From Amoebidium appalachense (lineage: Eukaryota > Protista > Ichthyosporea), in assembly GCA_963693365.1 (NCBI GenBank), contig CAVNZM010000001.1, forward strand, positions 16,549,840 to 16,613,839: 64,000 bases of DNA. The letters are read 5' to 3'. Positions 42,052-55,217 of this stretch are shown piece by piece. Below the pieces are notes generated by a model. That model was not told where the DNA came from, made no database searches, and saw only the letters and a program-made list of their open reading frames with translations. Both the position numbers and the translations under genes were made by a program. Each line of letters opens with the position of its first letter. Positions within the stretch are counted from its first letter, which is position 1.

Positions 42052-45000
42052 ATGCATGACAACACATAATCCCTCACCTCCCTACTCATACCCGGCCAAA
42101 AATACGAACGATTAACACGAAGGCAACGTCCTATTTACACCTAAATGACCAGCCATGGGATGCTCATGCACCATATGCAAAACCTCAGGCACAAGTGCCG
42201 TCGGGACCCAAACTCGGTGTCCGTCTGGCCCAGAACAATGATAAACTAAATCCTGCTCTACCTGACACATTTTTGCTAACTTAGCTACCTTAATCATCTG
42301 CCTTTTATTTTTAAATTTAATCGAATCAACCGGCCCCTTTATATAATTCTTAACCAGACCAATCAACACATCTTCCTCCTGAGCTAAGATCAAAGCCGTA
42401 GGTGCTAAGGCAGGGGCCGAGCCATGAGACTCGGTCCCGACCTCAGACACTGACAAATACCCCCCCCCCCCTCCCCTACACTTATAAGCAAGCAACCCCG
42501 GAGCCCAAGAAGAAACATCAACAGACACAGCATCTATTCCTTTCTGCTCACTCTCCCCCCCCTTCCCCCCCCTCCCCCCCCGTCTCTCACTACCCCCCCC
42601 TCCCCCTCCTTCTCTTCTTCAAACAAAATATAAGCAGCACGAGAGAGAGCATCACAGTCAACCATTGTTTCACCCTTGGCATAAAACAATTTATAGGAGA
42701 ACTCACCGAGAGCCGCGGCCCACTTCTGCATCCTCTCGTTGACCAGACGAGTGGTGCCGGCCATGGCTAGGCAGGGCTTGTGGTCGGTGTAGACCTCAAA
42801 CGTCCTGCCTGCGAGTATATACCTCCATGCCTGTGAGACTGCCCAAAAGATAGCATGGGACTCTCTCTCCGGATTGCTATATCTACGTTCACTTTTACTA
42901 AATGAACGACTAGCATAAGCAATCACTCTATCCTGCCCCTCCTGCACTTGATATAACACGGCCCCCTCAGCAACCTTACTTGCATCACACCGAACTTTAA
43001 ACATCCCCCCCCTGGCCGAAAAATCAGGATGAACAAGCATACTCGAAGACTGCAAAGCTAACTTAAGCTTTTCGAAAGCAGAAACAGCATCAACATTCCA
43101 ATCAATTCTATTCTTCTTCTCCCCCCCCGTCTGACTAGTTAACGGCAAAGCAAGCATACTATAATCCTTAATATAACGACGAAGATAATTAGTTAAACCT
43201 AAAAATTGCCTTAGTTGAGTGACAGTCTGAGGACGGGGCCACTCAACTATGGCCCGGATTTTCTCCGGATCAGGGGCAAGACCATTACTAGACACAATAT
43301 GACCTAAAAACTTAACCTCCGGCACACCAATCACAGTCTTGCTACCGCTAATACGAAGACCAGACTCACCCAAAGCTAAAAATACTTTTTCACAATTATT
43401 AACTAACTCCTCAAATGACCTACCTTTAATTAAAACATCATCCAAATAAGGGTGGCATACATCCAAATGAGGGAACCCTTTTATACATTACCCGGCACAA
43501 CATAGCTGGAGAGGAGAGCAAACCCATCGGCACCACCTTGTACTGGAACAGCTGGTCACCCAGTGCAAAGGCAGTCTTCTCCTTGCTGCTCTCCTCCAAC
43601 CTTATCTGCCAAAAAGCTGCTTTTAAATCAAGTTTAGCAAAGTGAGTATAGCCGTGCAGCTGTGAAAGCTGCTCGTCTATGTTAGGGAGAGGCCATTGGT
43701 CTGCCTTAGTGATCCGATTCAGAGCCCTGTAATCGTTCACTAGACGCCAAAACCCGTCGGGCTTCTTAACCAATAGCACCGGACTTCTCCACGGACTCGA
43801 ACTATGCTCCACATGACCCTTTTTTAACATATCACTCACTATTATTAGCGCATCCGACAATTTATACTGCTCCATTCTATAGCTAGGCATCACTACCGGC
43901 CTATTATCACCTGTGTCGATCTGCATTTCAAACCCTTTAACGAAGCCTACTTCGTTATCATCGGCCAGAAATGCAAACCGAGTCCTATCAAATAACTTAG
44001 CTAGCAATTTTTTCTGTTCTACCGTCCAATCCCCCTCCTTCATACCAAACGGCAATACTAACTCCGGGTTACCCCCATCACAAGTGGATGCATCCTTATT
44101 CACCGGAGTGCCACTTAACATTTCACCTCCTGTATTACATCGGTGCTGCTCGGGGTGAGGGTGAGGTACCTCCGGATATAGGCGGTCACCCTTAGCACCC
44201 CCCCCTCCCCCCGGCACACCAATGCCCCCGGGCAATTCCTGATGAGTTAGTGCATGTATGTGGGGGGCCAGGTCTGTGGCCACCCTGCCCCCCACGGTGT
44301 TGGTTAACCCGTCAGATCCACGGGTTAGACCAACACCCTCCCCCCTGCCTGCACATTCTCACACCCGGGGTGACCCTCCTTCCTCTTGGGGGTCGGGGGA
44401 GTGGGACCGGTGCTGTCCCGGCCCCCCCCCCCATCGTGTCGGGTGACATTTTGGTGGCTAACGTTAAATAAAGTTGTTCCCCCTCCTCCTGAGTCACCCT
44501 TCGAGCCGGCATCCTCCTTTTGGGTAATAAGAGAGACCTCTATACTACCAATCTCATTAGTGAAACTACCGACGGAAACACCTGACCTAATCACTATAGG
44601 CTCGATGCCCGGATTCACTAATTCTATTTCTATTGTCTTATCCGGCCATACCCTACTAAGGGTCCATTGGGCCACCTCCTGAAATGGGGTTTTCGGAGTA
44701 AAAACCCCCTAAATCCCCTATCCTAACATGATTGCCGGCCCGGACACGTACCGTTTGGCACTGATAAGGCTCGATTACTACTTCAGCTACCGTTCTAGCA
44801 CCAGACTGATAACCGTCGAGCCCATCATGGGTTTTAATTTTAACGCCGGACTGCAATTCTAAAACATTCGTACGTTCAAACAAAGCATTCACATGTCTAC
44901 GGAAAAATGGGGCTCCCAACAAAACACTTTGAGCTAAATCCTTAACCACATAACAAGCAATATGCATAGCCTGGCCACCTATCTCACACGGCAACACACA

Positions 45001-45883
45001 AACACCTTCCACAGACATACTACTATTATTAGCACTACCTAAGGCTGTGCTAGAAGCATCTAATATAGGAATTTCCCCCCGGCCTGATTAAAACGACGAA
45101 TAAACGAAGCATGCACACAATTAACCTGAGCCCCTCCATCGAGCAAAGCAACAGCCTTCAACTTACCATCAGCTAACCATACGTCTATATAATGCCGGCT
45201 AAAACCAACTAAATCCTCCTCCAATTCAAGCAACACATCATCACTCACTCCCAATCCCTGCCCACGAAGACTCACACCCTCGATACCTACGTGCAACATA
45301 CCTACCTGTGGTGCCTGCACGGGTGGGGTGGGGTGTGTATGTGATGTGGGTGGTGGTGGAGTGTGTGTGTGTGATGTGTGGGTGGGTGGTGTGTGTGTGT
45401 GTGGTGTATGTGTGGGTGTGTGTGTGGGTGTAGGTGTGTCTGCAACCGTCGTATGTTGTTGTGGTGGTGTGTTTCTATGTGTCTGTGCCTTCCCCCCCCT
45501 TCCCCCTTTACTCGTGTGTGTCCCCCCCCCTCCCGGAAACAATGGCACAGAAACCCCCTCCGGTGTGGTTAGAACAAACACCGGGTTGGGACAAGAAACA
45601 CTGAGACCATCCACTTGTGGCTGGGGAACCTCCCCCAACCACAAAACATTCACACCATTCATACCTTTGGTAGAGTCACCCCACAAACATTCATGCCATA
45701 CCACCTCGACGCTGTCTTGAGGACCCACGACGATGCCCGGCTCCCACACGTATCGGGGCGGTGAGGGGGCAAAGGGAAGCTTAACCTGGGGTGGGGGAGG
45801 GTGAAGGTTCTCTGCAACCTGGGGGGGACCGATACTGTCCCCCCCCCTCCCTCAGTGACCCCAGCTTCCCCCTCCCCCGGAAC
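42052..45883 (-). pseudogene. pol: Gypsy family A pol (protease, RT, RNase H, integrase zinc finger), frameshifted and truncated
   Basis: ALLDGGAQVN (PR); SPWRSPVLLVKKPDG, DYRALN, LDLKAAFWQI, PMGL, YLDD (RT); DAS…GAVLYQ, YTDHKP (RNase H); HEHPMAGHLG (INT HHCC). Several frameshifts. Confidence 0.92.
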
Positions 45884-47219
45884 TCAATAGCTCTTGTAAC
45901 TACGGCAATATGCAGCAGAGTGCCCTTGCCGGCCACAAAAGTAACATGCACCAAAGAAGGGGCCAGGGGGGACTTCAAAACCTTGGCGCAAAGCATAACC
46001 GGGAGCCCGGTCATGCTGGGGGGGCCCACCGTGTGCACCACGGCCCCCCCTTCCCCCCCTGCCCCCCTCGGCCTCTCTCACCACCATTTCCACCCCTCCC
46101 TCTACCCTGCCCACCACCACGAGCAAGATAAGGGGCAAACCTCTCGGTGAACTGCTGCTGTTGTCCTCCACGTCCACCTCGGCCACGACCGCCGTGTCCA
46201 CCCCGGTCGCCGCCACGGCCACCTCGGAAGCCGAAGCCCCCTCGGCCAGAAAAGACGGCCTGGGAGAGCTCGGCAACCTGCTTGACCAACATGGTGAGTG
46301 CATCTGGCTGTTCACCCTCTTTTTTCTCTTTTTCCCCCTTCTGTCCACTCTCCTTCTTTTTCTTGTCTACTTCCATCACCTCCTTTTTATCCCTCTTATT
46401 GAACTTCACCTCGTGCATGGCAAGCAAGTGACGTTTAACATGCAACACCACCTCATCTACATCATCATGCTCCCCAAACATGCGTGCAGTGTCTGTGTTT
46501 ACAGAGAGAGCCTTACGAGCAAACTCGAATTTTTCCCTATCACTCACGTCACCAGCTAACTCACAAAGGTCCTCAAAGACCCGATATTCCCTCTCAAAGA
46601 ATGCACGAGCTTCTACGGGGGACATATCTAGTGTGGGAAAGGTATACTTCCATTCTCTGAGCTGGGCCCGGAAGGTACGGCGCCGGTCGGCCGTCAGGTA
46701 TCGGCCGACGAGCCGGGCCGTATACTCGAGCTCGTTTTCCGGCCGTGTGAAGGCCTCGAGCTCCCCGTCCACGTCGTCGGTGCTGTTCTCGTCCTCGTCG
46801 TCGGGGATGAACCGTGCGGCCAGACGTTTCTGGCCGAGTGTCCGGGACACCATCTCGTCCCTCCCCTCGTCGTACTGCTGCTCGTATATACGAGCCGTCA
46901 CCTGGGGGGCCTGCTCGGCCCGGTACGGGTGCTCCTCCATCAGGGTGCATAAGTCGGCCATTGTTTTGTGGTCGATGCACTGTTTGATCATTAAGCACGA
47001 GGCCGCCACAGTGGGGGCCTTCTTTGTGTCTAACACTAGTGTGGGTGTGTTAGCTAGGAGTGTCCTAAGCCACCTAGGGATTTCCGAGTCGTGTTTGAGT
47101 GTAAAACTGAAAGCTGTGGTCTGTCTAACGTCTAGTGTATGAACCTGTGGTACCTGTGTGTGCAGGGAGCTATCCTCCGCTGCCAATGCGTAGAACATGT
47201 CTACGTTAAACTTAGCCAT
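45884..47219 (-). CDS. gag: Gypsy family A gag with RGG region and CCHC zinc knuckle (one frameshift in a G-run near 46050)
   Basis: 402-aa ORF from ATG 47219, downstream of the LTR. The overlapping frame ends …GACYFCGRQGHSAAYCRSYKSY-TGA. Confidence 0.8.
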
Positions 47220-47257
47220 TGTGTGGTGTGTGCCCTAACTCGTGTGGTTGTGTTTAT

Positions 47258-47292
<35 letters not shown>

Positions 47293-47378
47293 TGTGTTTG
47301 AGGTGTAGCAACAGCCCAGAAGGAACTGTCACCGCGTTACCCTAGCGCGAAAAACCGCACTAAAAGAAAGGTGTAGCT

Positions 47379-48016
47379 TGTCGTATCCTAATGTATGTGT
47401 ACTAGAGACGCGGCACTCTACTAAGTGTACACACACGAAAAGGAACGAACGTGTACAGAAAAACGGTAAAGTTTATTAAGACCAGGCTCCGACGGGCAAA
47501 CTTAGATCCGTACGGATTGAGTCTAAGTTACGACTGAGGCCATCAAGGCCGTGCCCTACAAGATCATCATCACCTGGCCCCCTACGATGCCACATTCCAT
47601 TAACATTCCGATCTACTTTTATCGTGCGCCTGCACGAGCTAAGTCGATCTACTCAACTAATATATTTATCCAAGTCTCACCCCTCACCCTCCCCCTAGTG
47701 GCACCGCAGAGTCTAAATCTACATTTCATACTATCCTCCCCCCCTCCCTCCCCCCTTTCCTCTACATCTAAATATATAAATACGTTTGGCAACATATACT
47801 ATCAAACCTTGCCAATCCTTACAAAAGGGCTTCTGCCCGAACAATGACATTCCTAAGTCCTCCTACGATCTATCCTACACACTAATTAGAATTCTATTGG
47901 ACGGCTGTCCCGGCTGACGTGGTCCAATGCCCTGCGCCGGCAGAGGCAAGATGCACGCAGCTGTACAGCTATCTTGAGGCCCCGGACTTGATCTTGATGA
48001 TCTGTGGACCCGGGCC

Positions 48017-48060
<44 letters not shown>

Positions 48061-48111
48061 ATCTCGATCGTAGACTTAGGCTAATCTGCTGAGACGGATT
48101 AGTATATGTCA
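47379..48111 (-). mobile_element. Gypsy family A 5' LTR (733 bp)
   Basis: TG…CA termini. Homologous to 31249-31980 with scattered substitutions and a different C-run length. Confidence 0.9.
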
Positions 48112-49823
48112 CCTACCAGCCACGGCCACAACGGGATGATGGGCCAGGCTGGCGTCGTCGGGCGGGACAGCAAGAGCCGGCGCCGGACTCTTTCCCAGGC
48201 ACCTGCGACAACTGCAAGGAGCGGGGGCACACATACGCGTGGTGCAAACAGCCCCGTCGTGGGGGACGTCGGTGACCGTGTTGCAGGTATGAAGGTTTTA
48301 TTAGAGGGTAGGCCGTCTCTTGGGTTGTTGTTGTTGTATGGGAGTTGTGTGGTGTTATTTTTCGGCATATTTTCTACTGGTGCCTGGCGTTTTCGACGTG
48401 TGTATGAGTCCTGTGTTGGCGACGTGTGTGGTTAGGGTCAGTGGAATAGAAAGTCCTGCTGCTGTCTGGGAGCTCGGCCCTCTGACGAGGGGGCTGGGGG
48501 GGGGGTCGAAGTGTAGTCATGGCAGTGGCAGGCCCCCACTGTTGTGAACCCCCGTCGTCAAAGGGCCTGGTGCTGAGGCCCCTTGGAGTGGCTGCCCTGG
48601 GCCTGGTGTTGAGGCCCTTTGGCAGGCTGCCCGTAGTGTTGTTGAGTAGTGTTGTGGTGCCCAGTGCAGCAGTAGGCCTTAGACACACCGCTGGGTAGGG
48701 CTCGGTTGGGGCGGAGGCATTCCCAAACCACCGGGACCTACGTAGTAGGAGTCTTTGTCGGGTAGAGGAATGGCCAGCAAGAGAGTCTGGAGGTGTACGT
48801 CACATGAGTCTGGAGGTGTTCGTCAGTGGCATGTTAGGTTTTGCTAGGAATTCTTTGTGGATGGGGCATGCTGAGTGTGGTTGTATGGATGGTGTCTGTT
48901 ATCATGTCTGTTGCTATGTTCCACTCGATATAACATTGTGCCAGGGGCATGGGGTTTTGGGTGCAGGTTGTGGACGGGGGCAGAGGTGCATCTACAGGGC
49001 AACGTCAGTGGCGGTTCTTATCCTTGTTTTGGGGTTGGGTTGGGTATTAACCATGGTGGGGTGGTGTGTGGATGTATGTATATGTTTTATGTTATATGTT
49101 AAATGTTGCTTCCTGCATGGGTAGCGGTAGTTGTAGTCGCTCAGCACATAACTTTATTTTGTTTTTAGGTAGTTTTTACTGAGGTGGAACTCAGTTATTT
49201 TCTGTGCGAGGGGGAGTTGTCATGTGCTGAGCTGATTCGTATTAGTTTACTTCTATATTTTGTGTTTTGGTGAGTTAATTTCGGGGGTTTTCTTGCATAG
49301 TGATGCCGGGGTCTAAATGGGGTATGAGGAGATTAATCAGTGGTATGGGGAGAATCTGATGCAGCGGCGGCTGATTGTTTGGTGCGCGCGTGCATGCCCC
49401 ATGCCTCTGCGTACTCTCCATGTTAAATGTTGTATTGCTTCTTGCTGTGTGCGTGGCGAGACCCATGTTGCCTGCTCGCGTGTGTGTATGCTTATATGTA
49501 TTGTGAGTAAACGTGTGTACGTGTTGTAGTGCTGTAGGGGTGTCTGAGGTCGCGGTAGCCAATGGTGTGGAGTGCGTGTAGTCTGTGGGGGGAGGGAGTG
49601 TTGTGATTGGCTGAATGTCACTGTGGTATTTGTCTGGCCAGTGGGCCGCGTGTCTGTGAAGTGTCTCGCGGGGTCGCGGGCTTTTGGAAGTTCTTCTCAG
49701 AACACAAAAAACTCGCTTCCCACCCAACTCAAAGAAAAGTTTATACGTATACACGGTTTCGAGCCCCTTTAAGCGTGCAGATAGTTAGAGTAGTTCATAT
49801 ACACTCTGTTTGTTGCCACGACA
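48112..49823 (+). mobile_element. Right half of an internally deleted related Gypsy (family B): gag zinc knuckle, 3' UTR/PPT and LTR 49218-49823
   Basis: CDNCKERGHTYAWC knuckle at ~48203-48245. ACTGAGGTGGAACTCAG…GGGGGAGT-TGTCAT matches the family A pre-LTR motif. The putative LTR ends in CACGACA, as family A ends in TACGACA, exactly where the Harbinger coding sequence resumes. Confidence 0.7.
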
Positions 49824-50648
49824 GGCTCCATTCATTGAAGAGAGTGATAACATGGACGCTCAGGAAGTTACCTGCATGATGCTGTATACCCTTGGGCAGG
49901 GTGTTGCAGTCAGGAACGTTGCCGAACGTTTCCAACACAGCACCGAGACCGTGAGCCGGTATGTAGTGCTATGACTCCTGCCCTGTTGAATTATGTTATT
50001 GGCTGTGTGTTTGCAGCATTTGTCTGTGCTTGTTAAACAACAATGCTCCGAATGGGTTGTGTTCCACTGTCCAGGGTGCACGTGCGCGTGCACTGTCTCA
50101 AGGTTTTGCTGTTGTTTTCAATGAAGCTTATATGTAGGAATGTGGAAAATAATCAGACATCATTGTGTGCTGCAGGCGTTTTCGAGAAGGCATCGATGCC
50201 ACGCTTGCTGCTCTCGGGGAAGAATACATGATTCAACCCGATGAGTCATATATGGTGCCTAGTTGGGTGCTTGAAAACCCTGAGTTTTGGCCTTACTTCC
50301 GTATTGTTCTCGGGGCAGTTGATGGCACTCTTGTTCCGTGCAAGGTCAAACCGGAGGCTGCTGATCGGTATCGGTGCAGGAAAGGTTTCACAGCACAAAA
50401 TGTATTGGGTGCATGCGACTGGGAAGCATATTCCACATATTGTTTGCCCGGTGGGGAGGGATGTGGTGCAGACAGAACAGTGTTGAACTGTGCCCTCGAG
50501 CAGCCCCCTCCACAAAATTTACGTGTGCCGACGGGGAAAGTTTACCTGGGTGACCAGGGCTACCCGAACACAAACGAAATTTTGGCACCCTACAGAGGAG
50601 TCCGCTATCATCTGAAGGAGTACGGGACGGGAGCAATGGCGTATTTAG

Positions 50649-50679
<31 letters not shown>

Positions 50680-50800
50680 CCCCCCCCCCCCTCCCCCCCC
50701 CCCTCCCCCAAAAAAAAGAAGGCCCCTCGACCCATCACTCCCTCCCTACATCTGTAAAAAAGTGTGCTTTTCCTGTTTCCTTTTGTTCTGCACACACACA

Positions 50801-50872
<72 letters not shown>

Positions 50873-51805
50873 CACATGCACAGAGAGAGTGGATAGGGAG
50901 AGAAAAAGAGAGATAGATAGTTTACACATCCAACCTGAAGGTCGTGCGCGCATGCACAAACACCTACACAGACTCACGTGTACAAATACGCACACACACA
51001 TGCGTCCGCGTGTGCCCGCACGGGTCATGCCCGCGTGCACACACTAAACGAACATGCACACACACAAACAGCCACGCGCACACACACACTGTCATATTGA
51101 TGGTGAAGTGTCTGGTGTTGTCTATTCATGTGTCGTGTTCTAGTCCTCAGAATGCGAAGGAGTTATTCAACCTGAGGCATGCCAAGGCGCGGGTGGTCAT
51201 TGAGCGGTTCTATGGTATGCTGAAAAACCGCTTTCAGATACTCCAGAAAGCCACCAACTACTGTCCTAAGATGCTCTCGAAGATCATTCTTGTGTGCTTT
51301 CTACTTATGAACTTTATAAAAAAGCACAACGCGGAGGAGCATGGCCACTACTCAGACGAAGAGCAGCACAACTTGCCTACACGTGGTAAGTCTTTGGTTG
51401 CATTTGGTTTTGTTTCTCTTCCTCTACCAGTTTTTCAGTTATTTTTGTTTTTATTTTGTTCTCTGGTTTTGTGGTGGGCAACGGGTCAAGATGGGTTGGA
51501 GTGTGCGTCTGCACGTTTTTTTGATGTGGTTTTTGTGGTGTGACTGATATTGCTCGAGTTGGGATGGAGTGTGCCTCTGAGCGGCGGCAGCGTTGTTGGT
51601 GTGTGTGGGGAACCAGGGGAAAGGAGGGGGTGGGTAGGGGGATGATTTATAAGACTGTATGCTTGATGTAAAGGCCTTGATGTTTTTTAACTCTGTGTTA
51701 GGCAGGGGCAACCAAAACCAACAAGAAGACGAGGCAGAGGCAGATGCCAGAAGAGATCAAATTGCTGCAGCTATGTGGGTTGACTACACGAGCAGGGCAC
51801 GGTGA
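49824..51805 (+). pseudogene. PIF/Harbinger DDE transposase, N-terminus cut off by the Gypsy B LTR; 4 exons remain
   Basis: Exons ~49824-49958, 50177-50640, 51144-51385 and 51702-51805. HTH: MLYTLGQG…RNVAERFQHSTETVSR. DDE: GAVDGT, YLGDQGY, RVVIERFYGMLK. Also YRCRKG, PYRGVRYHLKEY, ELFNLRH and C-terminal RDQIAAAMWVDY. Confidence 0.9.
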
Positions 51806-52455
51806 ATAGTAAATGAGCACTGAATCGTGCAGTGACATGTGTCCGTCCCGTCCCCGTCCCCCCCCCCCCCCCCCCACCCCCCCCTCAAAGAAAGATAGTA
51901 GGTAAAAGAAAAGAAAAAAACTGCACACACACACACCTTTCTGCACATGATGTTGCAAAGGTCATTCTGAGTACTTTTGTATTCCTACTAATGCTGCACC
52001 AGGCGGCGAGGCCGAACACTAAAACAATGATTTCAAACGGTGATCACTACATCATACTCACTTCTACACGTAAAAGATGTTTCTTGCACTATCCCCCCGC
52101 CCACACCATAACAAAAAAAAGAAAGAAATTGGCGCCCTTTCAACAATCCTTTTTTGGCCACTTCAAACTATCGACGATTGGTGCAAAAGGACACCATATA
52201 TAGTTCCATAAAATGAACATTCATTGGGTCGGACATTCAGGACCTGAAAGGATTTCGCGCTAATCCACCTCCCGAGGTGGATTAGTGGAATCCAGATTAC
52301 GGCCATGTCCGAGGGGTTTGAAACCCAGATTTACGTGACCGGATCTGGCCGTCTGTTTGGCAGCGGCTGGATTTTGAGATTTGGATTTAGCGCTAAACCC
52401 AAAATCGCCCGTAATCCGGATTTAGGACCCTAAACCCGGGTTGCCAAACAGGCCC
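49824..52455 (+). mobile_element. PIF/Harbinger element, right half with TIR and TTA target site
   Basis: Ends …CCAAACAGGCCC (reverse of GGGCCTGTTTGG) followed by TTA at 52456-52458, which is a TTA in Gypsy RT (compare accaTTActagacac at ~43281). Subterminal GGATT/AATCC repeats. Confidence 0.85.
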
Positions 52456-54361
52456 TTACTAGACACAATATGACCTAAAAACTTAACCTCAGGCACACCA
52501 ATCACAGTCTTGCTACCGCTAATGCGAAGACCAGACTCACCCAAAGCTAAAAATACTTTTTCACAATTATTAACTAGCTCCTCAAATGACTTACCTTTAA
52601 TTAAAACATCATCCAAATAAGGGTGGCATACATCCAAATGAGGGTGGAGAATTTTATACATTACCCGGCACAACATAGCTGGAGAGGAGAGCAAACCCAT
52701 CGGCACCACCTTGTACTGGAACAGCTGGTCACCCAGTGCAAAGGCAGTCTTCTCCTTGCTGCTCTCCTCCAACCTTATCTGCCAAAAAGCTGCTTTTAAA
52801 TCAAGTTTAGCAAAGTGAGTATAGCCGTGCAGCTGTGAAAGCTGCCCGTCTATGTTAGGGAGAGGATTGGTCTGCCTTAGTGATCCGATTCAGAGCCCTG
52901 TAATCGTTCACTAGACGCCAAGACCCGTCGGGCTTCTTCGTGACCAATAGCACCGGACTTCTCCACGGACTCAAACTATGCTCCACATGACCCTTTTTTA
53001 ACATATCACTCACTATTATTAGCGCATCCGACAATTTATACTGCTCCATTCTATAGCTAGGCATCACTACCGGCCTATTATCACCTGTGTCGATCTGCAT
53101 TTCAAACCCTTTAACGAAGCCTACTTCGTTATCATCGGCCAGAAATGCAAACCGAGTCCTATCAAATAACTTAGCTAGCAATTTTTTCTGTTCTACCGTC
53201 CAATCCCCCTCCTTCATACCAAACGGCAATACTAACTCCGGGTTACCCCCATCACAAGTGGATGCATCCTTATTCACCGGAGTGCCACTTAACATTTCAC
53301 CTCCTGTATTACATCGGTGCTGCTCGGGGTGAGGTTGAGGTACCTCCGGATATAGGCGGTCACCCTTAGCACCCCCCCTCCCCCCGGCACACCAATGCCC
53401 CCGGGCAATTCCTGATGAGTTAGTGCATGTATGTGGGGGGCCAGGTCTGTGGCCACCCTGCCCCCCACGGTGTTGGTTAACCCGTCAGATCCACGGGTTA
53501 GACCAACACCCTCCCCCCCTGCCTGCACATTCTCACACCCGGGGTGACCCTCCTTCCTCTTGGGGGTCGGGGGAGTGGGACCGGTGCTGTCCCGGTCCCC
53601 CCCCCCATCGTGTCGGGTGACATTTTGGTGGCTAACGTTAAATAAAGTTGTTCCCCCTCCTCCTGAGTCACCCTTCGAGCCGGCATCCTCCTTTTGGGTA
53701 ATAAGAGAGACCTCTATACTACCAATCTCATTAGTGAAACTACCGACGGAAACACCTGACCTAATCACTATAGGCTCGATGCCCGGATTCACTAATTCTA
53801 TTTCTATTGTCTTATCCGGCCATACCCTACTAAGGGTCCATTGGGCCACCTCCTGAAATGGGGTTTTCGGAGTAAAAACCCCTAAATCCCCTATCCTAAC
53901 ATGATTGCCGGCCCGGACACGTACCGTTTGGCACTGATAAGGCTCGATTACTACTTCAGCTACCGTTCTAGCACCAGACTGATAACCGTCGAGCCCATCA
54001 TGGGTTTTAATTTTAACGCCGGACTGCAATTCTAAAACATTCATACGTTCAAACAAAGCATTCACATGTCGACGGAAAAATGGGGCTCCCAACAAAACAC
54101 TTTGAGCTAAATCCTTAACCACATAACAAGCAATATGCATAGCCTGGCCACCTATCTCACACGGCAACACACAAACACCTTCCACAGACATACTACTATT
54201 ATTAGCACTACCTAAGGCTGTGCTAGAGGCATCTAAAATAGGAATTTCCCCCCCGGCCTGATTAAAACGATGAATAAACGAAGCATGCACACAATTAACC
54301 TGAGCCCCTCCATCGAGCAAAGCAACTGTTACAGCCTTCAACTTACCATCAGCTAACCATA
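52456..54361 (-). pseudogene. pol: Second Gypsy family A pol fragment (protease to RT)
   Basis: Near-identical to 43285-45181. Bounded by the Harbinger insertion on the left and a CACTA-like terminus on the right. Confidence 0.92.
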
Positions 54362-55029
54362 CATCAGCAAACCCCCCCGGGGTGTACTTGAATATTATTG
54401 GAATATACTGTCCAAAACGCGACCATGAATATTCAGCCAGAACATTAAATGATACACTCGTACACGTGTATGGCATTCCAATGAACACTAACGGGCACCA
54501 TGTATTCATGAATGCCTTATGAATGTCAGACGAACACATATGGAACACATGCGGAATATATGTGAATACCTAATGACGAACATTCAAGTAATACCCACGC
54601 AACGCGTATTCGATTGTATTCTTGTAACACACTATGAACACGTATAGTATACCAACCCAAATACTCATACTGAACAGTCACTGGTACCACACAATATCCT
54701 ATGAATACCCTCTGAATATCACCTATACACTATGTATTCCATTGCACCGCATAGTGTCCATATGGTACTCATGTGTACTAACCCCATACTCTTCGTGAAC
54801 ATACATGGATAGTAGCTGGGCACATCTCAGATAATATTGAATATGAATATGAATGCTAATGAATATGAAGAAGATGGTATATTCCAGTAGTACAACTACC
54901 GTGTACATGTACATTCAGCCTGCATATTCATGTATGCAAAAGGATGGGGGGGGGGGGGGGGGGGGGGTTAAGGACCCGGACTCAAGGTTTTTTTATCACT
55001 TTCTTTTATTACTAAATTAACGGCAGTCC

Positions 55030-55167
55030 CTAGTAGCTTGGTGGTGGCTTCGTTAACTTGAAGATGCTGCCGCAGGCGAGTGAACTATCTGAGAACCTGC
55101 ATGTGTGTGTGCATGTGTGTGTGTGTGTATGTGTGTGTGTGTGTGTGGTGTTTGTGTGTGTGTATGT

Positions 55168-55217
<50 letters not shown>

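Noticed and set aside
47340-47378. Primer-binding site of Gypsy A
   Set aside because: No TGG-type tRNA 3' complement follows the LTR (AGCTACACCTTT…), and only a 6-bp match supports Tf1-style self-priming. The mechanism is left unassigned.
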